Below, piece after piece: positions 18,265 to 27,759 of a stretch of 64,000 bases of DNA. Source of the stretch: an uncultured Rubripirellula sp. (GTDB lineage: Bacteria; Planctomycetota; Planctomycetia; Pirellulales; Pirellulaceae); NCBI GenBank assembly GCA_938085445.1, contig CALKGR010000002.1, positions 1-64,000 of the forward strand. The letters are read 5' to 3'. Positions within the stretch are counted from its first letter, which is position 1, and each line of letters starts with the position of its first letter. The notes under the pieces were generated by a model. The model ran no database searches and was not told the DNA's origin. It worked only from the letters and a program-made list of their open reading frames with translations. The position numbers were made by a program, and so were the translations under genes.

Positions 18265-19773
18265 CTAACTCAGTGCATTGTTAATCCGCTCAACAAGCGG
18301 ACGAGTCGACTCGGTCGAACTTCTCAATTGGAAAACAGACGAAGCCAGGAAACGATTACGCCATACAGGCGAAAGCCCACGGTAGTCTTCAAGAGCCGCA
18401 GAGCTGAATTTGTAGTCGTGTGAATCATTTCCTTTCAGGAACACTAATCTCCGGGCATGGTCCACCACGGCCTGTGGGTCGCCCTCGTTTTGAAGGTAAC
18501 CATAGAGCTGCTCGGCAGCCGCCAAACGATCCTTGCCCATCAAGACAAAAGTGTCCTCAACTGCCGTAGGCGAAACTGGCGATTCAGATGTACCAAGCGA
18601 CGTGATCCTGCGGTCGGCTAAAGCTCCACGCCCTCTGGCTGCCTCTCGGAACATGGGCAGAAAAGACGCATTCTGCAACAGCAGATACTGGCGTGTCTTT
18701 GCATCCGTGGCATTTTGGAACGCATGACGGATCGCATTCGTGGTGGTGACTGAATGCAGCGCGACAATCCCGCGCTGCCTCATCATCAGTTCACCAGCGC
18801 TCGCATAAATCGCGTTCCAGATGGACTGCAGTGAAATTCCATCGTTAATCAGAGCCACCACCTTTTGGCTAGCTTCCTGTGGGGTGCAATCGTACAGAGT
18901 GGAAACAAGGTCAACAGACGCGCCGTCGTCCAAACGCTTCCCATGCCAGTGATCTGGCAGTTTCTTCAGCAGCTCACGATTATATCGTCCCGGACGGTCC
19001 GCCTCCTGATCACTCTCCGCCGGGTTTGGACTGCCATGATGATTCAGCATCGCGTAAACAAGACTACGCATTACTGGTTCAGCGTATTCCCAACCAATCG
19101 TTTGAAGGGTCCGAAACGCATTTGACAGGTAAATTACCTTGTGACCGATGCTCCGGAAATCCCTGGCAGCGTAATGAGCCAATTCATCAAAAACCCGCTG
19201 GGATCCACTGTTTCGGACCAGCGAAGTGATCGCAACATCGGCCCCCTCAACATCCCACTTATCCAAACTGGCACGTAGTTGCTTCGACGCTAAGTGGGCT
19301 GGCGGAACCTTCGCTTCGTTGACCGCTGCAAGCGTCCAATTCCCCTCAGCAATGTCACGTTGTTGCGAACTCTTAAAATTATCAATGGCCCAGAAAATTG
19401 GTAACCATCTATCCTCATCAGCGCAGCTAATACTTGCCAGATGAGCCGAATTTACCACCAACACCGCATGGAATTTAAATCCCACCGACGGCCTAGGCTG
19501 GACGTTTCTTACCCCAGCGAGCAACAACGCAGTCAACAGATGCCGATAACTCAGGCCAGCCTGCACACGACGTGCGGTTTCCTCGATCACCCGATCCCGC
19601 GGCGTCGTTTCCAAGAACTCGACTAATGGCTCAATCTCATTTGAAAACCGAGCAATTCCCGCTTCAAACTTCACTTCTGCTGCTGAAAGCGGCCCCAGAC
19701 CACCCAACACCTGACTGAGCCCAAGGCTACCGGCAGTAGAAAACAGAAACTGGCGACGTTGATATCTCGACAT
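18265..19773 (-). CDS. TAT-exported all-alpha hypothetical protein with repeated His motifs
   Basis: Start set at MSRYQRRQFL (twin-arginine). Motifs FHAVLVVNS, GHKVIY, LHSVTTTNA, SHDYKF. Confidence 0.78.
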   Translation of the reverse strand: MSRYQRRQFLFSTAGSLGLSQVLGGLGPLSAAEVKFEAGIARFSNEIEPLVEFLETTPRDRVIEETARRVQAGLSYRHLLTALLLAGVRNVQPRPSVGFKFHAVLVVNSAHLASISCADEDRWLPIFWAIDNFKSSQQRDIAEGNWTLAAVNEAKVPPAHLASKQLRASLDKWDVEGADVAITSLVRNSGSQRVFDELAHYAARDFRSIGHKVIYLSNAFRTLQTIGWEYAEPVMRSLVYAMLNHHGSPNPAESDQEADRPGRYNRELLKKLPDHWHGKRLDDGASVDLVSTLYDCTPQEASQKVVALINDGISLQSIWNAIYASAGELMMRQRGIVALHSVTTTNAIRHAFQNATDAKTRQYLLLQNASFLPMFREAARGRGALADRRITSLGTSESPVSPTAVEDTFVLMGKDRLAAAEQLYGYLQNEGDPQAVVDHARRLVFLKGNDSHDYKFSSAALEDYRGLSPVWRNRFLASSVFQLRSSTESTRPLVERINNALS

Positions 19774-20413
19774 ACATCCCAACCTAGGTCGTAAATCCGT
19801 ACTGAAAACTGCGTAATCGCTTAGCCACACATAACATGGCGTGGCGCCTCCGCTTGACTGCATTGTAGACATTTGGCGACAGCGTGAACACTTTAAACCG
19901 GTGTAGAACATTCCCAGCAGTGCAAAGGCACACATCCGTGTTTCCCACCGATAGATCCGGCAAACCTTGTCACGAGGTAAACTGCCGCGCGGACGATCAA
20001 CCCGCAACTGATCCATTTGCGACTCAATGTTAACCCCGGCTCATCCGCAAGGACTGCAGATTTGTGCAGCGCAGAGTTAACTGAATGTGCAATCCATAAA
20101 GCAAGAACGAAGTCCGCAATAACACTCCCATGTTGTTGGATAACACCAGCTGCCGCCTGCACACCTCGCCCATGGTAGTGCCCCTGATCAGGTGAGCCAC
20201 CCCGACTCGTTGCGGATGGTACGCTATGTAGTCCTGCGTCTAAAAACAAACTTCATGATGCTCCGCACTGACCCCTCGGAACATTTTCTCGCATTGTGGC
20301 AAAGGCAAGAACTTTCCATGCATGATCTTCGCTGCGGTATCCTTTCCGCCCCCTTCAACGCAGTTTTTTCGTTCACGCAAACTCCCAGACGGCACGGCGT
20401 GGCCGCGGCCTTC

Positions 20414-22006
20414 ATGATTTTGTTATGGTCCGTTTTCAGCCCACCACAGATCCTATACGGACAGCCTCCACAGGCTGCCCCCATTTCCAAACCCGTTTCG
20501 GTAGATATTCTTCTCAGTGGTGGCACAGTCATTGATGGCAGTGGAGCCGCAGGTCAGCAAGCGAACGTTGCGATCCGAGACGGAAAAGTATTACTGCCGT
20601 TATCAAACCAGACAGTCAATGCTAGCTGGGAGATAGATTGTACAGGCCTTATTATCTGTCCGGGTTTCATTGATCTACACAACCATTCGGATGGAGAAAT
20701 CGAAGACTCCCAAACTCGTGGGGCCATGAATTACGTGATGCAAGGTTGCACCACATTGGTGACGGGCAACTGCGGGTCCGGACCAATCAAGGTCGACTCC
20801 TACTACAATCACATCGACAAGTATGGTGCCGGCACCAATGTTGCGCATCTGCTTCCTCAAGGTGGACTCAGAAAAGCTGTCCTCGACTCGAACCGTGTAG
20901 AGCCGACAGAAACGCAACTGCTTGAGATGCTTAAACTCGCAGAGAAAGCGATGCAGGATGGCGCGTGGGGCATGTCGACAGGACTGATTTATGTCCCCAG
21001 TTCTTACGCAAGCACCGAAGAAATCACCGCAATTGCCAAAGTTGTTTCCGCGCACAACGGTATTTATGTAAGCCACATCCGTGGCGAAGGCACAAATCTG
21101 TTGGAATCTGTCGGTGAAGCCATGCAAATTGGGCGTGACGCAAAACTTCCCGTTCACATCTCTCATTTTAAAGCCGCAGGTCGCTCTGCATGGGGCCTGG
21201 TCCGTGAAGCAACGCAGCAAATCGAAGCCCAAAGAACAAAAGGATTTAAGATCACGGCAGATCAATACCCCTACATTGCTTCTAGCACCTCTCTCGGGGC
21301 AACGGTCTTGCCAAGCTGGGCGCGAGAAGGAGGTGGCAAGCAATTGCGAGCACGCCTTGTCGCAGATCGGGAAAAATTGGAACCATTCATTCGCAAGTCG
21401 CTGAAACGAGCTGATGACGGCGCGGCAATCAGACTCGCACGATACAAGCCTAAGCCCGCATGGATAGGAAAAGACCTCGCCACCATCGCAAAAATGACCA
21501 ATGCCACGGTCGTTGACGTCGCGTTTGAGGTTCTGATGAATGGTGGTGCAAGTGTCGTGAAATTCAGCATGAATGAACAAGACGTGCGACATGTCATGAA
21601 TCATGCGTGGGTCGCTACTGCATCCGATGGCGGCGTCAAAGCTCCCGGACCCACGAAACCACACCCCAGAAATTATGGAACCTTTCCGCGTAAAATTGGA
21701 CATTACGCCCTCGCGGAAAGTGTCATCACCCTCGAACAGGCGATCTTCAGTATGACTGGCCTGCCCGCCCATATTCTATCGATGAACGATCGCGGGTTGC
21801 TGAAGCCTGGCATGTACGCCGACATTGCTGTATTTAATCCTGAAACGATCAAAGACAACGCTACCTTTGACGAACCGCATCAGTACGCATCTGGCATCCA
21901 ATTTTTGTTTGTCAACGGGCAAGCCACCATTGTCGATGGGAGGCCCACCGGAGCGCTTCCCGGACGCGCCCTAAAACACCCTTACGACGACCAAAGATCA
22001 AAATAA
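20414..22006 (+). CDS. N-acyl-D-amino-acid deacylase (D-aminoacylase) family amidohydrolase
   Basis: PGFIDLHNHSD, GNCG, GMSTGLIYVP, SHIR, HISHFK, ASDG, HPRNYGTFPR. Start is uncertain (20321-20414). Confidence 0.9.
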   Translation: MILLWSVFSPPQILYGQPPQAAPISKPVSVDILLSGGTVIDGSGAAGQQANVAIRDGKVLLPLSNQTVNASWEIDCTGLIICPGFIDLHNHSDGEIEDSQTRGAMNYVMQGCTTLVTGNCGSGPIKVDSYYNHIDKYGAGTNVAHLLPQGGLRKAVLDSNRVEPTETQLLEMLKLAEKAMQDGAWGMSTGLIYVPSSYASTEEITAIAKVVSAHNGIYVSHIRGEGTNLLESVGEAMQIGRDAKLPVHISHFKAAGRSAWGLVREATQQIEAQRTKGFKITADQYPYIASSTSLGATVLPSWAREGGGKQLRARLVADREKLEPFIRKSLKRADDGAAIRLARYKPKPAWIGKDLATIAKMTNATVVDVAFEVLMNGGASVVKFSMNEQDVRHVMNHAWVATASDGGVKAPGPTKPHPRNYGTFPRKIGHYALAESVITLEQAIFSMTGLPAHILSMNDRGLLKPGMYADIAVFNPETIKDNATFDEPHQYASGIQFLFVNGQATIVDGRPTGALPGRALKHPYDDQRSK

Positions 22007-22164
22007 CCCTTCATCGCTTGTCGCTTTCAAAGCTTGCATTTCTACCCGAATCTAACGCGCGGGTTTACCGATGCCCCCGCTCAGCAACATCCATCATTGT
22101 TCTCCCCAAAGAAATCATACCGCTCGTTAATGTCAATCAAGCGAGGGCACAGCTAAACCACTTT

Positions 22165-23227
22165 GTGCACGTATCTATTTTCACCTCAAAGCGTTCCAAA
22201 TCCTACTCAGCATACTTTCACACTACGACTCTTCTTGTTGTTTTTCTGGCGTGCTTGTCGCCACATCCGTTTGTATCCGTTGGTTTGGCACAAACCGGCG
22301 CAACAAAACCCGAGGCAGCGCAACGCGCACATGAGGGCAGACGTCCAGGTGAGCCAAAGCAGCCCAAGCCTGTTCACCCAACCATGGTAAATGGTGTTCC
22401 CGTAATCGACCTGATGAAGCGTCTTGGACGCAAAATTCGAATTGGGCGTGTCGCTACTTGAAATCGATAACTACTCAAAACTGTTTGATCGCACGGACCC
22501 CAATCGTGATGGTCAACACACCAAAGAAGAATACGTCGACGGCGGCAGATACCTGACGCCTCAAGCTCGGGCAGGCATTTTCACCGCATCAGATGAAAAT
22601 CATGACGGAGTGGTCACACGCTCTGAATATGTGCTCAACCGGATCATTACCGATGAAGGGGAAGCAATCATCCAAGCGATGGAGAAAAACAAAAATGGCA
22701 TTGTTGAGTCGATTGAGTTTGTCGAAACCAGCAGAAAACGCATGGGAAACCCGACCCTCGCGAGCGGTTTTTTTTCGCTGCTGGATCGTAATCGGGACGG
22801 TACCATCCCAATCCCCGAATACCTCCGCACTTGGGGGCAGTTGGCCCGCGAAGCCCAAGCGCCTGCGGAAACCCGTATCACAAGCCAACGCACACGAACT
22901 CAGCACCAACGCTCCCAAAAAGAAAACGCTCTTCAGCCGAACTCAGACGGGCCGCCTGGAACCTTCCCTCAGACTGATCCGCAGCACGATCCGCCCCCAC
23001 GCCGGAGTCAAGCTAATCCGCCCTCTATTGATGAAGTGTTCCAACGATTCGACCGTAACCAAGATGAAAAGTTGGCAAGGGACGAAATCGCGGCCGTTGC
23101 GTCGGATTTCATCGCGCCCGATAACATAAATCAGAATAAAGTGGTCACAAAACAGGAACTGGAGTCGTATCGAAAAGCCAGGCGAACAAGAAACACTTCC
23201 AGTGCTCAACAAAATCCGCAGCCTTGA
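22165..23227 (+). pseudogene. Secreted EF-hand protein split by a 1-nt frameshift (pseudogene or sequencing error)
   Basis: The upstream frame encodes a signal peptide (LLVVFLACL...GLAQ) up to LMKRL. The downstream frame continues DAKFELGVS with EF-hand loops (DPNRDGQHTKEE, DENHDGVVTRSE, DRNRDGTIPIPE, DRNQDEKLARDE). Deleting one G at 22426-22427 joins them. Start is approximate. Confidence 0.65.
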
Positions 23228-23440
23228 GCGTCTGAAACGCCGAGCTGCTGACTTGTCAAAATGCTAGGAATCTTTTTTTGCTGAGGTGTTAAGCCGGGGA
23301 ACGTGCTGCCGCTGGCACTTGAAGTCGCTGATACTTGAAGTTACCGAACAGCAGCGCAACTCCACTACTCCTGAGCCGACAGCAAAGCACGCGACGCGCA
23401 AGAAAAGACGCGTGACTCAATCGGCATCTTGGTGACGGCA

Positions 23441-24205
23441 CTACGGCAACTCTTTCACGCGAATGTCTTTCCAAACAACTTGCCCCTTGTTGCCTTTGTG
23501 GATCTGCAACCCAAAGAACCCCTCCGGGTACTGTCCATTATCAACCCAGTGGGCCACCGGCACACCATTGATCCAGGTCTTGACTACATTGTCTTGGGCC
23601 GAGATCGTCAAACGGTTCCAGCCTTTCCGATCCAATGCAGCCCTTGCATCAACGTGCTCTTCAAGCCAAACAGGATAGAAATATCCACCACAACTTTGTC
23701 CATAGATGCCCCCTGACCAAAACCGATCACCCGTGATGCCCTCCATTTCTGCCTGTGGCCCGTAAACGGTTACCTCTTTTTTGCCAGGCCTTGTTCGTGC
23801 CCGAAACATTACCCCCGAGTTTCCGTCAACTTCCCAACGCATCTCGCAGGTAAAAATGAAGTTTTTAAAGTCTGCCTTGTCAGTACACAAATAGGTGCTG
23901 CCTGTCCCAGGAACACACGTTCCCACCAGCATTCCCTTTTTGACTTCAAATTTGCAATCTCCACCCTTGGGTGTCCATCCTTTCAAATCTTTCCCATTAA
24001 AAAGAGAGTCAAAACCCTCAGTCAAATCGGGCTCTTTTTCAGTGTTGAGAAGCATTTCTGAAGGCTTCGGAGCGTTCTCCTGCGTCTTGTACTTTTTGTG
24101 CCAGGCAGCCTGCGCAGGATCAACTGTCCCAGCAACAGCAAAAGCGGCCGTTAAAAGCACACTGGTAATGAACGCGAGGAAAATAATCAGAAGGTTGTTT
24201 TTCAT
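23441..24205 (-). CDS. DUF1080 (3-keto-disaccharide hydrolase-like) secreted protein
   Basis: SLFNGKDLKGW, GNSGVMFR, WNRLTI, GFFGLQIH, WKDIRVKEL. Confidence 0.92.
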   Translation of the reverse strand: MKNNLLIIFLAFITSVLLTAAFAVAGTVDPAQAAWHKKYKTQENAPKPSEMLLNTEKEPDLTEGFDSLFNGKDLKGWTPKGGDCKFEVKKGMLVGTCVPGTGSTYLCTDKADFKNFIFTCEMRWEVDGNSGVMFRARTRPGKKEVTVYGPQAEMEGITGDRFWSGGIYGQSCGGYFYPVWLEEHVDARAALDRKGWNRLTISAQDNVVKTWINGVPVAHWVDNGQYPEGFFGLQIHKGNKGQVVWKDIRVKELP

Positions 24206-24287
24206 CACAAGACACAAATAAGAGGTAGAAAGCTAAACGGTCAGTGTTCCCCAACCTTTCGACGAGAGTCCATCCTGGGTAGGCATC

Positions 24288-24386
24288 GAATCAAGACTCC
24301 GAATCATCAAATTCCCTGATAATCAAGGCCTCTGATCATCAAGGGCCCGATTGATCGGGCCCTAGTCATCGGGGCCCAGTCATCGA
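24288..24386. repeat. Degenerate 16/14-bp tandem repeat (~7 units) containing a perfect 10-bp inverted repeat
   Basis: Units: gaatcaagactccgaa / tcatcaaattccctga / taatcaaggcctctga / tcatcaagggcccgat / tgatcgggccctag / tcatcggggcccag / tcatcga. Palindrome agggcccgat-tg-atcgggccct at 24342-24363. Confidence 0.75.
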
Positions 24387-24903
24387 AAGGAACCTACAGT
24401 CTAACCCCGCTCGCGATCCGAAGGAATTGCCGATCCAGCCGAAACAGCTCGGTACAGCGATTGACGGTTCATTGTGGCTTCCCCCGCGACCGCTAGCCAA
24501 ACCGCTGTGGCATCAATGCCGTACGACGTGCAAAGCAGTTAAAAAGCTTTGAGCATACAGGTGGAGACAGTCACTCGCGCCTGTCCCCGTGTCACTAAAT
24601 CACTACGGGGACGGAGGACCGTTCTACTTGCCTCTTCACCCGGTTGGAGCGGAATAATCATCTAAAACCGGGGCAGTGTGCTCCGTCGCCCCCCGAGAGT
24701 CTCAAGCATTTAGTCGATGAGCGTTGGTAAAAGACCCGATAACGCCCATTTCGAACTAACGCGCCGGCAACAGTTTCCTGTGGCTCAACAGTTCTTCGCT
24801 GCCTCTGGGGTGCGTAATTTGCTCCCTCGTGCACCTGCCGCGGGGTGCTCTCGCACGCCATTCCGACAAAATACCTAACAAAGCTGAATCGGCGTCTTTA
24901 GAC

Positions 24904-25002
24904 CTAAAAACGACCTACCCTGCCGTGCAAAATTTCTACCAGACCAGACCTTTCAAGCAAATCCTCGAGACTGACTATCCATCCGTTGGCGACATGCTTC
25001 AT
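24904..25002 (-). CDS. Putative 32-aa small protein (MKHVANGWIVSLEDLLERSGLVEILHGRVGRF)
   Basis: GGAGGT lies just upstream, and the start forms an ATGA overlap with the 73-aa ORF. Confidence 0.3.
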   Translation of the reverse strand: MKHVANGWIVSLEDLLERSGLVEILHGRVGRF

Positions 25003-25220
25003 TTGACCTCCCACACGTCTCGCCGATGATCGAGTCTGCTTCGACACCCAACAGGCGGTATCGCCTGATCGACGACAGGGCCCCACTCAATCGACCGCAT
25101 GACGCTCGAAATCAACAGCCGATCTAACATTTCCGCGGCCCGTCTTCGCCGCGTCCTTTCTTCTCTCTTCGTCCACGCAAGGCGGACACACAACCGCATA
25201 TACAGCTCATGCTCTCTCAT
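24999..25220 (-). CDS. Putative 73-aa basic small protein
   Basis: AGGAGG lies 8 nt before the ATG. Its stop overlaps the next start (ATGA). No family recognised. Confidence 0.35.
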   Translation of the reverse strand: MREHELYMRLCVRLAWTKREERTRRRRAAEMLDRLLISSVMRSIEWGPVVDQAIPPVGCRSRLDHRRDVWEVK

Positions 25221-25522
25221 CTTAACACCCTCCTACAGTCAATGGTTGCGGCAGGGTAATCCCCCCGTATGCGAAAACGACCCGATTGCTGGCTGGAGCA
25301 CCTGAAAATGTAGACCTAACTCAGTTAGCTCATGAGTGAGCGGCAGATGCAGTGTTCCATGAACACCGCATGAAGTATGCCCCGAACGCCTCGCAGAGGC
25401 TCAGATTGCCTTAATTTATGAAATCCCCATTCAGCACCGCCCGAAGCACCCCAACCAAAACAATGTCACTGCTTCGAAGCAAAAGCAGCTATACCATCCC
25501 AAATTCAAAATAGGCTTGGAAC

Positions 25523-27010
25523 TTGATACTACTGATTTTTCCGAACCAGCTATTCAAAAACCACCCTGGCCTCAAACTCAAGCCTGAGCGGGTTGCGCTC
25601 CTGGAAGCACCCTTGTTTTTTGGTGACTTGCACCACCCAGTCGATTTTCATGTTCAAAAACTGTGGCTACATCGTTCCACGATGAAACGATACCACGACG
25701 AGCTCGCGTCAAAGAATTTCGCACTCACCTACCACAACCATGACTTCAAACCTGATTTTCTTAAACGCAAGATCAAAGGTCTGCTGAAGGGCTCGGACAA
25801 GCTAATCACAACCGTGGAACCGGCTGACTTCCTTCTCAAGAAACGTTTGACAAGGGTTTGCGAGGCGCTGAAGGCGGAACTGGTATTCCTGCCAAACCCA
25901 ATGTTCATATGTAGCGATGCAGAAAACGATGAATACCGAAGTGGAAAGAAACGCTGGTTCATGGCGGACTACTACAAGTGGCAACGTACTCGACTTGATG
26001 TGCTTATGGATAAGGCCCAACCAGTGGGTGGGAAGTGGAGTTTTGATCAAGAAAACCGTAAAAAGATCCCCAAGAAATTGCTAAGTAAAATCCCATCACT
26101 GCTGGAATTAAAAAGGGACACCTATGACTCGGAAGCGGCGGAATATGTCGGGAAAAACTTCCCCAATAATCCCGGCAACTTGGATCAACTCTTCTACCCC
26201 TCTTCAAGAAAAGCTGCTGAGACTTGGCTCAAGCATTTTGTAAATGAAAGGCTTTCCGCTTTTGGCGATTACGAAGATGCCATCGTGCAAGGTGAATCCT
26301 GGCTTTGGCACAGTGTCTTAACCCCCATGTTGAATATCGGACTGTTAACACCGGACCAGATTCTAAAAGCCGTACTGAAACATGCAGAAACCCAAGAAGT
26401 TCCCCTGAACTCACTCGAAGGCTTCATACGACAAATTATCGGTTGGCGAGAATTCATGCATGCGACCTACCAAGACTTAGGTATCACCATGCGGACCACC
26501 AATCACTGGCGGCATCACCGAAGCATGCCGCAGTGCTTTTACGACGCAACCACCGGCATCCCGCCTGTCGACGATGTCATTTCGCGATTAAACGATACCG
26601 GATACTGCCATCACATCGAACGTTTGATGGTTCTCGGCGGTTTCATGTTTCTTTGCGAGATCGACCCAGATGATATTTACCGTTGGTTCATGGAACTCTT
26701 CATCGACAGTTATGACTGGGTGATGGTTCCGAACGTCTACGCAATGAGCCAGAACGCAGATGGGGGTAACATCACCACCAAGCCATATTTCTCCGGATCT
26801 GCCTATGTCAAAAAAATGAGCCATTATGAAAAGGGGGAATGGTGTGACGTCTGGGATGCACTGTACTGGCGGTGGATCTGGAACCACGTTGACGACTTGG
26901 CGAAAAATCCAAGATGGGCAATGATGTGCGCGATGGCACGAAAAATGGCGTCTGAAAAGATGGAAAAGCACCTCAGGATCGCTGAAGATTTCTTGAACAG
27001 GCTGAAATAG
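25523..27010 (+). CDS. Cryptochrome/photolyase, bacterial (6-4) photolyase (PhrB/CryB/CryPro) clade, apparently lacking Fe-S cysteines
   Basis: LIFPNQLF, FHVQKL, GGKWSFDQENRK, FGDYEDA, EGFIRQIIGWREF, GYCHHIERLMV, FIDSYDWVMVPNV, TTKPYFSGSAYVKKMSHY. Confidence 0.92.
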   Translation: MILLIFPNQLFKNHPGLKLKPERVALLEAPLFFGDLHHPVDFHVQKLWLHRSTMKRYHDELASKNFALTYHNHDFKPDFLKRKIKGLLKGSDKLITTVEPADFLLKKRLTRVCEALKAELVFLPNPMFICSDAENDEYRSGKKRWFMADYYKWQRTRLDVLMDKAQPVGGKWSFDQENRKKIPKKLLSKIPSLLELKRDTYDSEAAEYVGKNFPNNPGNLDQLFYPSSRKAAETWLKHFVNERLSAFGDYEDAIVQGESWLWHSVLTPMLNIGLLTPDQILKAVLKHAETQEVPLNSLEGFIRQIIGWREFMHATYQDLGITMRTTNHWRHHRSMPQCFYDATTGIPPVDDVISRLNDTGYCHHIERLMVLGGFMFLCEIDPDDIYRWFMELFIDSYDWVMVPNVYAMSQNADGGNITTKPYFSGSAYVKKMSHYEKGEWCDVWDALYWRWIWNHVDDLAKNPRWAMMCAMARKMASEKMEKHLRIAEDFLNRLK

Positions 27011-27141
27011 CGAAGCGGGGACTGGCAGAACCACAGCAGCCTAGGTGGCCACTAGATCCCATCATGACACCCACTCTCGAGTCCGTGCCGTCGAACGGTT
27101 CGACGCGGTCTTTGTGCTGCACCTCGTTCGCAACGTGTAGG

Positions 27142-27336
27142 TCACGTTCGCTTCTTGCTTTTCCACGTGCCACCGTATTGGTAATCCAAGTTACCATTGC
27201 GCAGCGGTAATAAGCACTCTTTGCATACGAACTGCCATGGAGCATCTGAACGTTCGCGAACCCGATATAAGGTGTCTATCGTGTGACGACATTGCTGGCA
27301 CTCTTTCTGCCGAACCCGCTTGACCTTCATCGTCAT
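27142..27336 (-). CDS. Small CxxC...CxxC (zinc-ribbon-like) hypothetical protein
   Basis: CQQC...LYRVR...WQFVCKEC...YQYGGTWKSKKR. ATGA overlap with the upstream TIGR03643 gene. Confidence 0.75.
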   Translation of the reverse strand: MTMKVKRVRQKECQQCRHTIDTLYRVRERSDAPWQFVCKECLLPLRNGNLDYQYGGTWKSKKRT

Positions 27337-27596
27337 CCTCGCTGAGATTTGCAACGGAAACGCCGTAGTCCGGTCCCTTCATGCTCAGCTTTGAACCTTC
27401 GATCGTGCTTCGTGCTCCGTCCGGTCGTGCGTTTTCGCCACATTTTAAAAGACTTCGGTGTCATCTCGCGTCGCATCAACTTGATGACGTCCCCGGGTGA
27501 CAGTGCAAACTGCGTGCGGATCGCATCAAAGCTTGTGCGATCTTCCCACGCCATTTGGATCACGCGGTCCTTTTCAGCGGGCGTTAAATGATTCAT
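27333..27596 (-). CDS. TIGR03643 / DUF2805 family protein
   Basis: DRVIQMAWEDRTSFDAI..QF.L....VIKLMR..M...SFK.WRKR..GR..KH signature. Confidence 0.9.
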   Translation of the reverse strand: MNHLTPAEKDRVIQMAWEDRTSFDAIRTQFALSPGDVIKLMRREMTPKSFKMWRKRTTGRSTKHDRRFKAEHEGTGLRRFRCKSQRG

Positions 27597-27759
27597 CGTG
27601 TTTCTTCCTGATTCAGCACGCCAGACGATTTCAGCATAATCTTCAGACACCCCCTGCCTGATAGAGTATCAAGATGGCAACATCTGCTACCGAACCCATC
27701 CCCGCCCGCCACCGTCGTCACAAATTATCGCTGGGACACGCAAGAAAGGAGACAGGGCT

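Noticed and set aside
19774..20413. Long divergent intergenic region scanned for a riboswitch
   Set aside because: No cobalamin, TPP, SAM or FMN consensus was recognised. The upstream ORF extensions are probably non-coding.
20675..21772. 365-aa minus-strand ORF
   Set aside because: It is the antisense shadow of the D-aminoacylase gene and has no motifs. The same applies to 48196-49110, 50831-51661, 2931-3551 and the many other short antisense ORFs.
24288..24386. Possible mini-CRISPR
   Set aside because: Units are 14-16 bp, adjacent and degenerate, with no spacers and no cas genes in the window. Kept only as a tandem repeat.
25316..25336. Palindromes ctaact-c-agttag and ctcatgag upstream of the photolyase
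   Set aside because: They could be an operator, but short palindromes are expected by chance and match no motif I can name.
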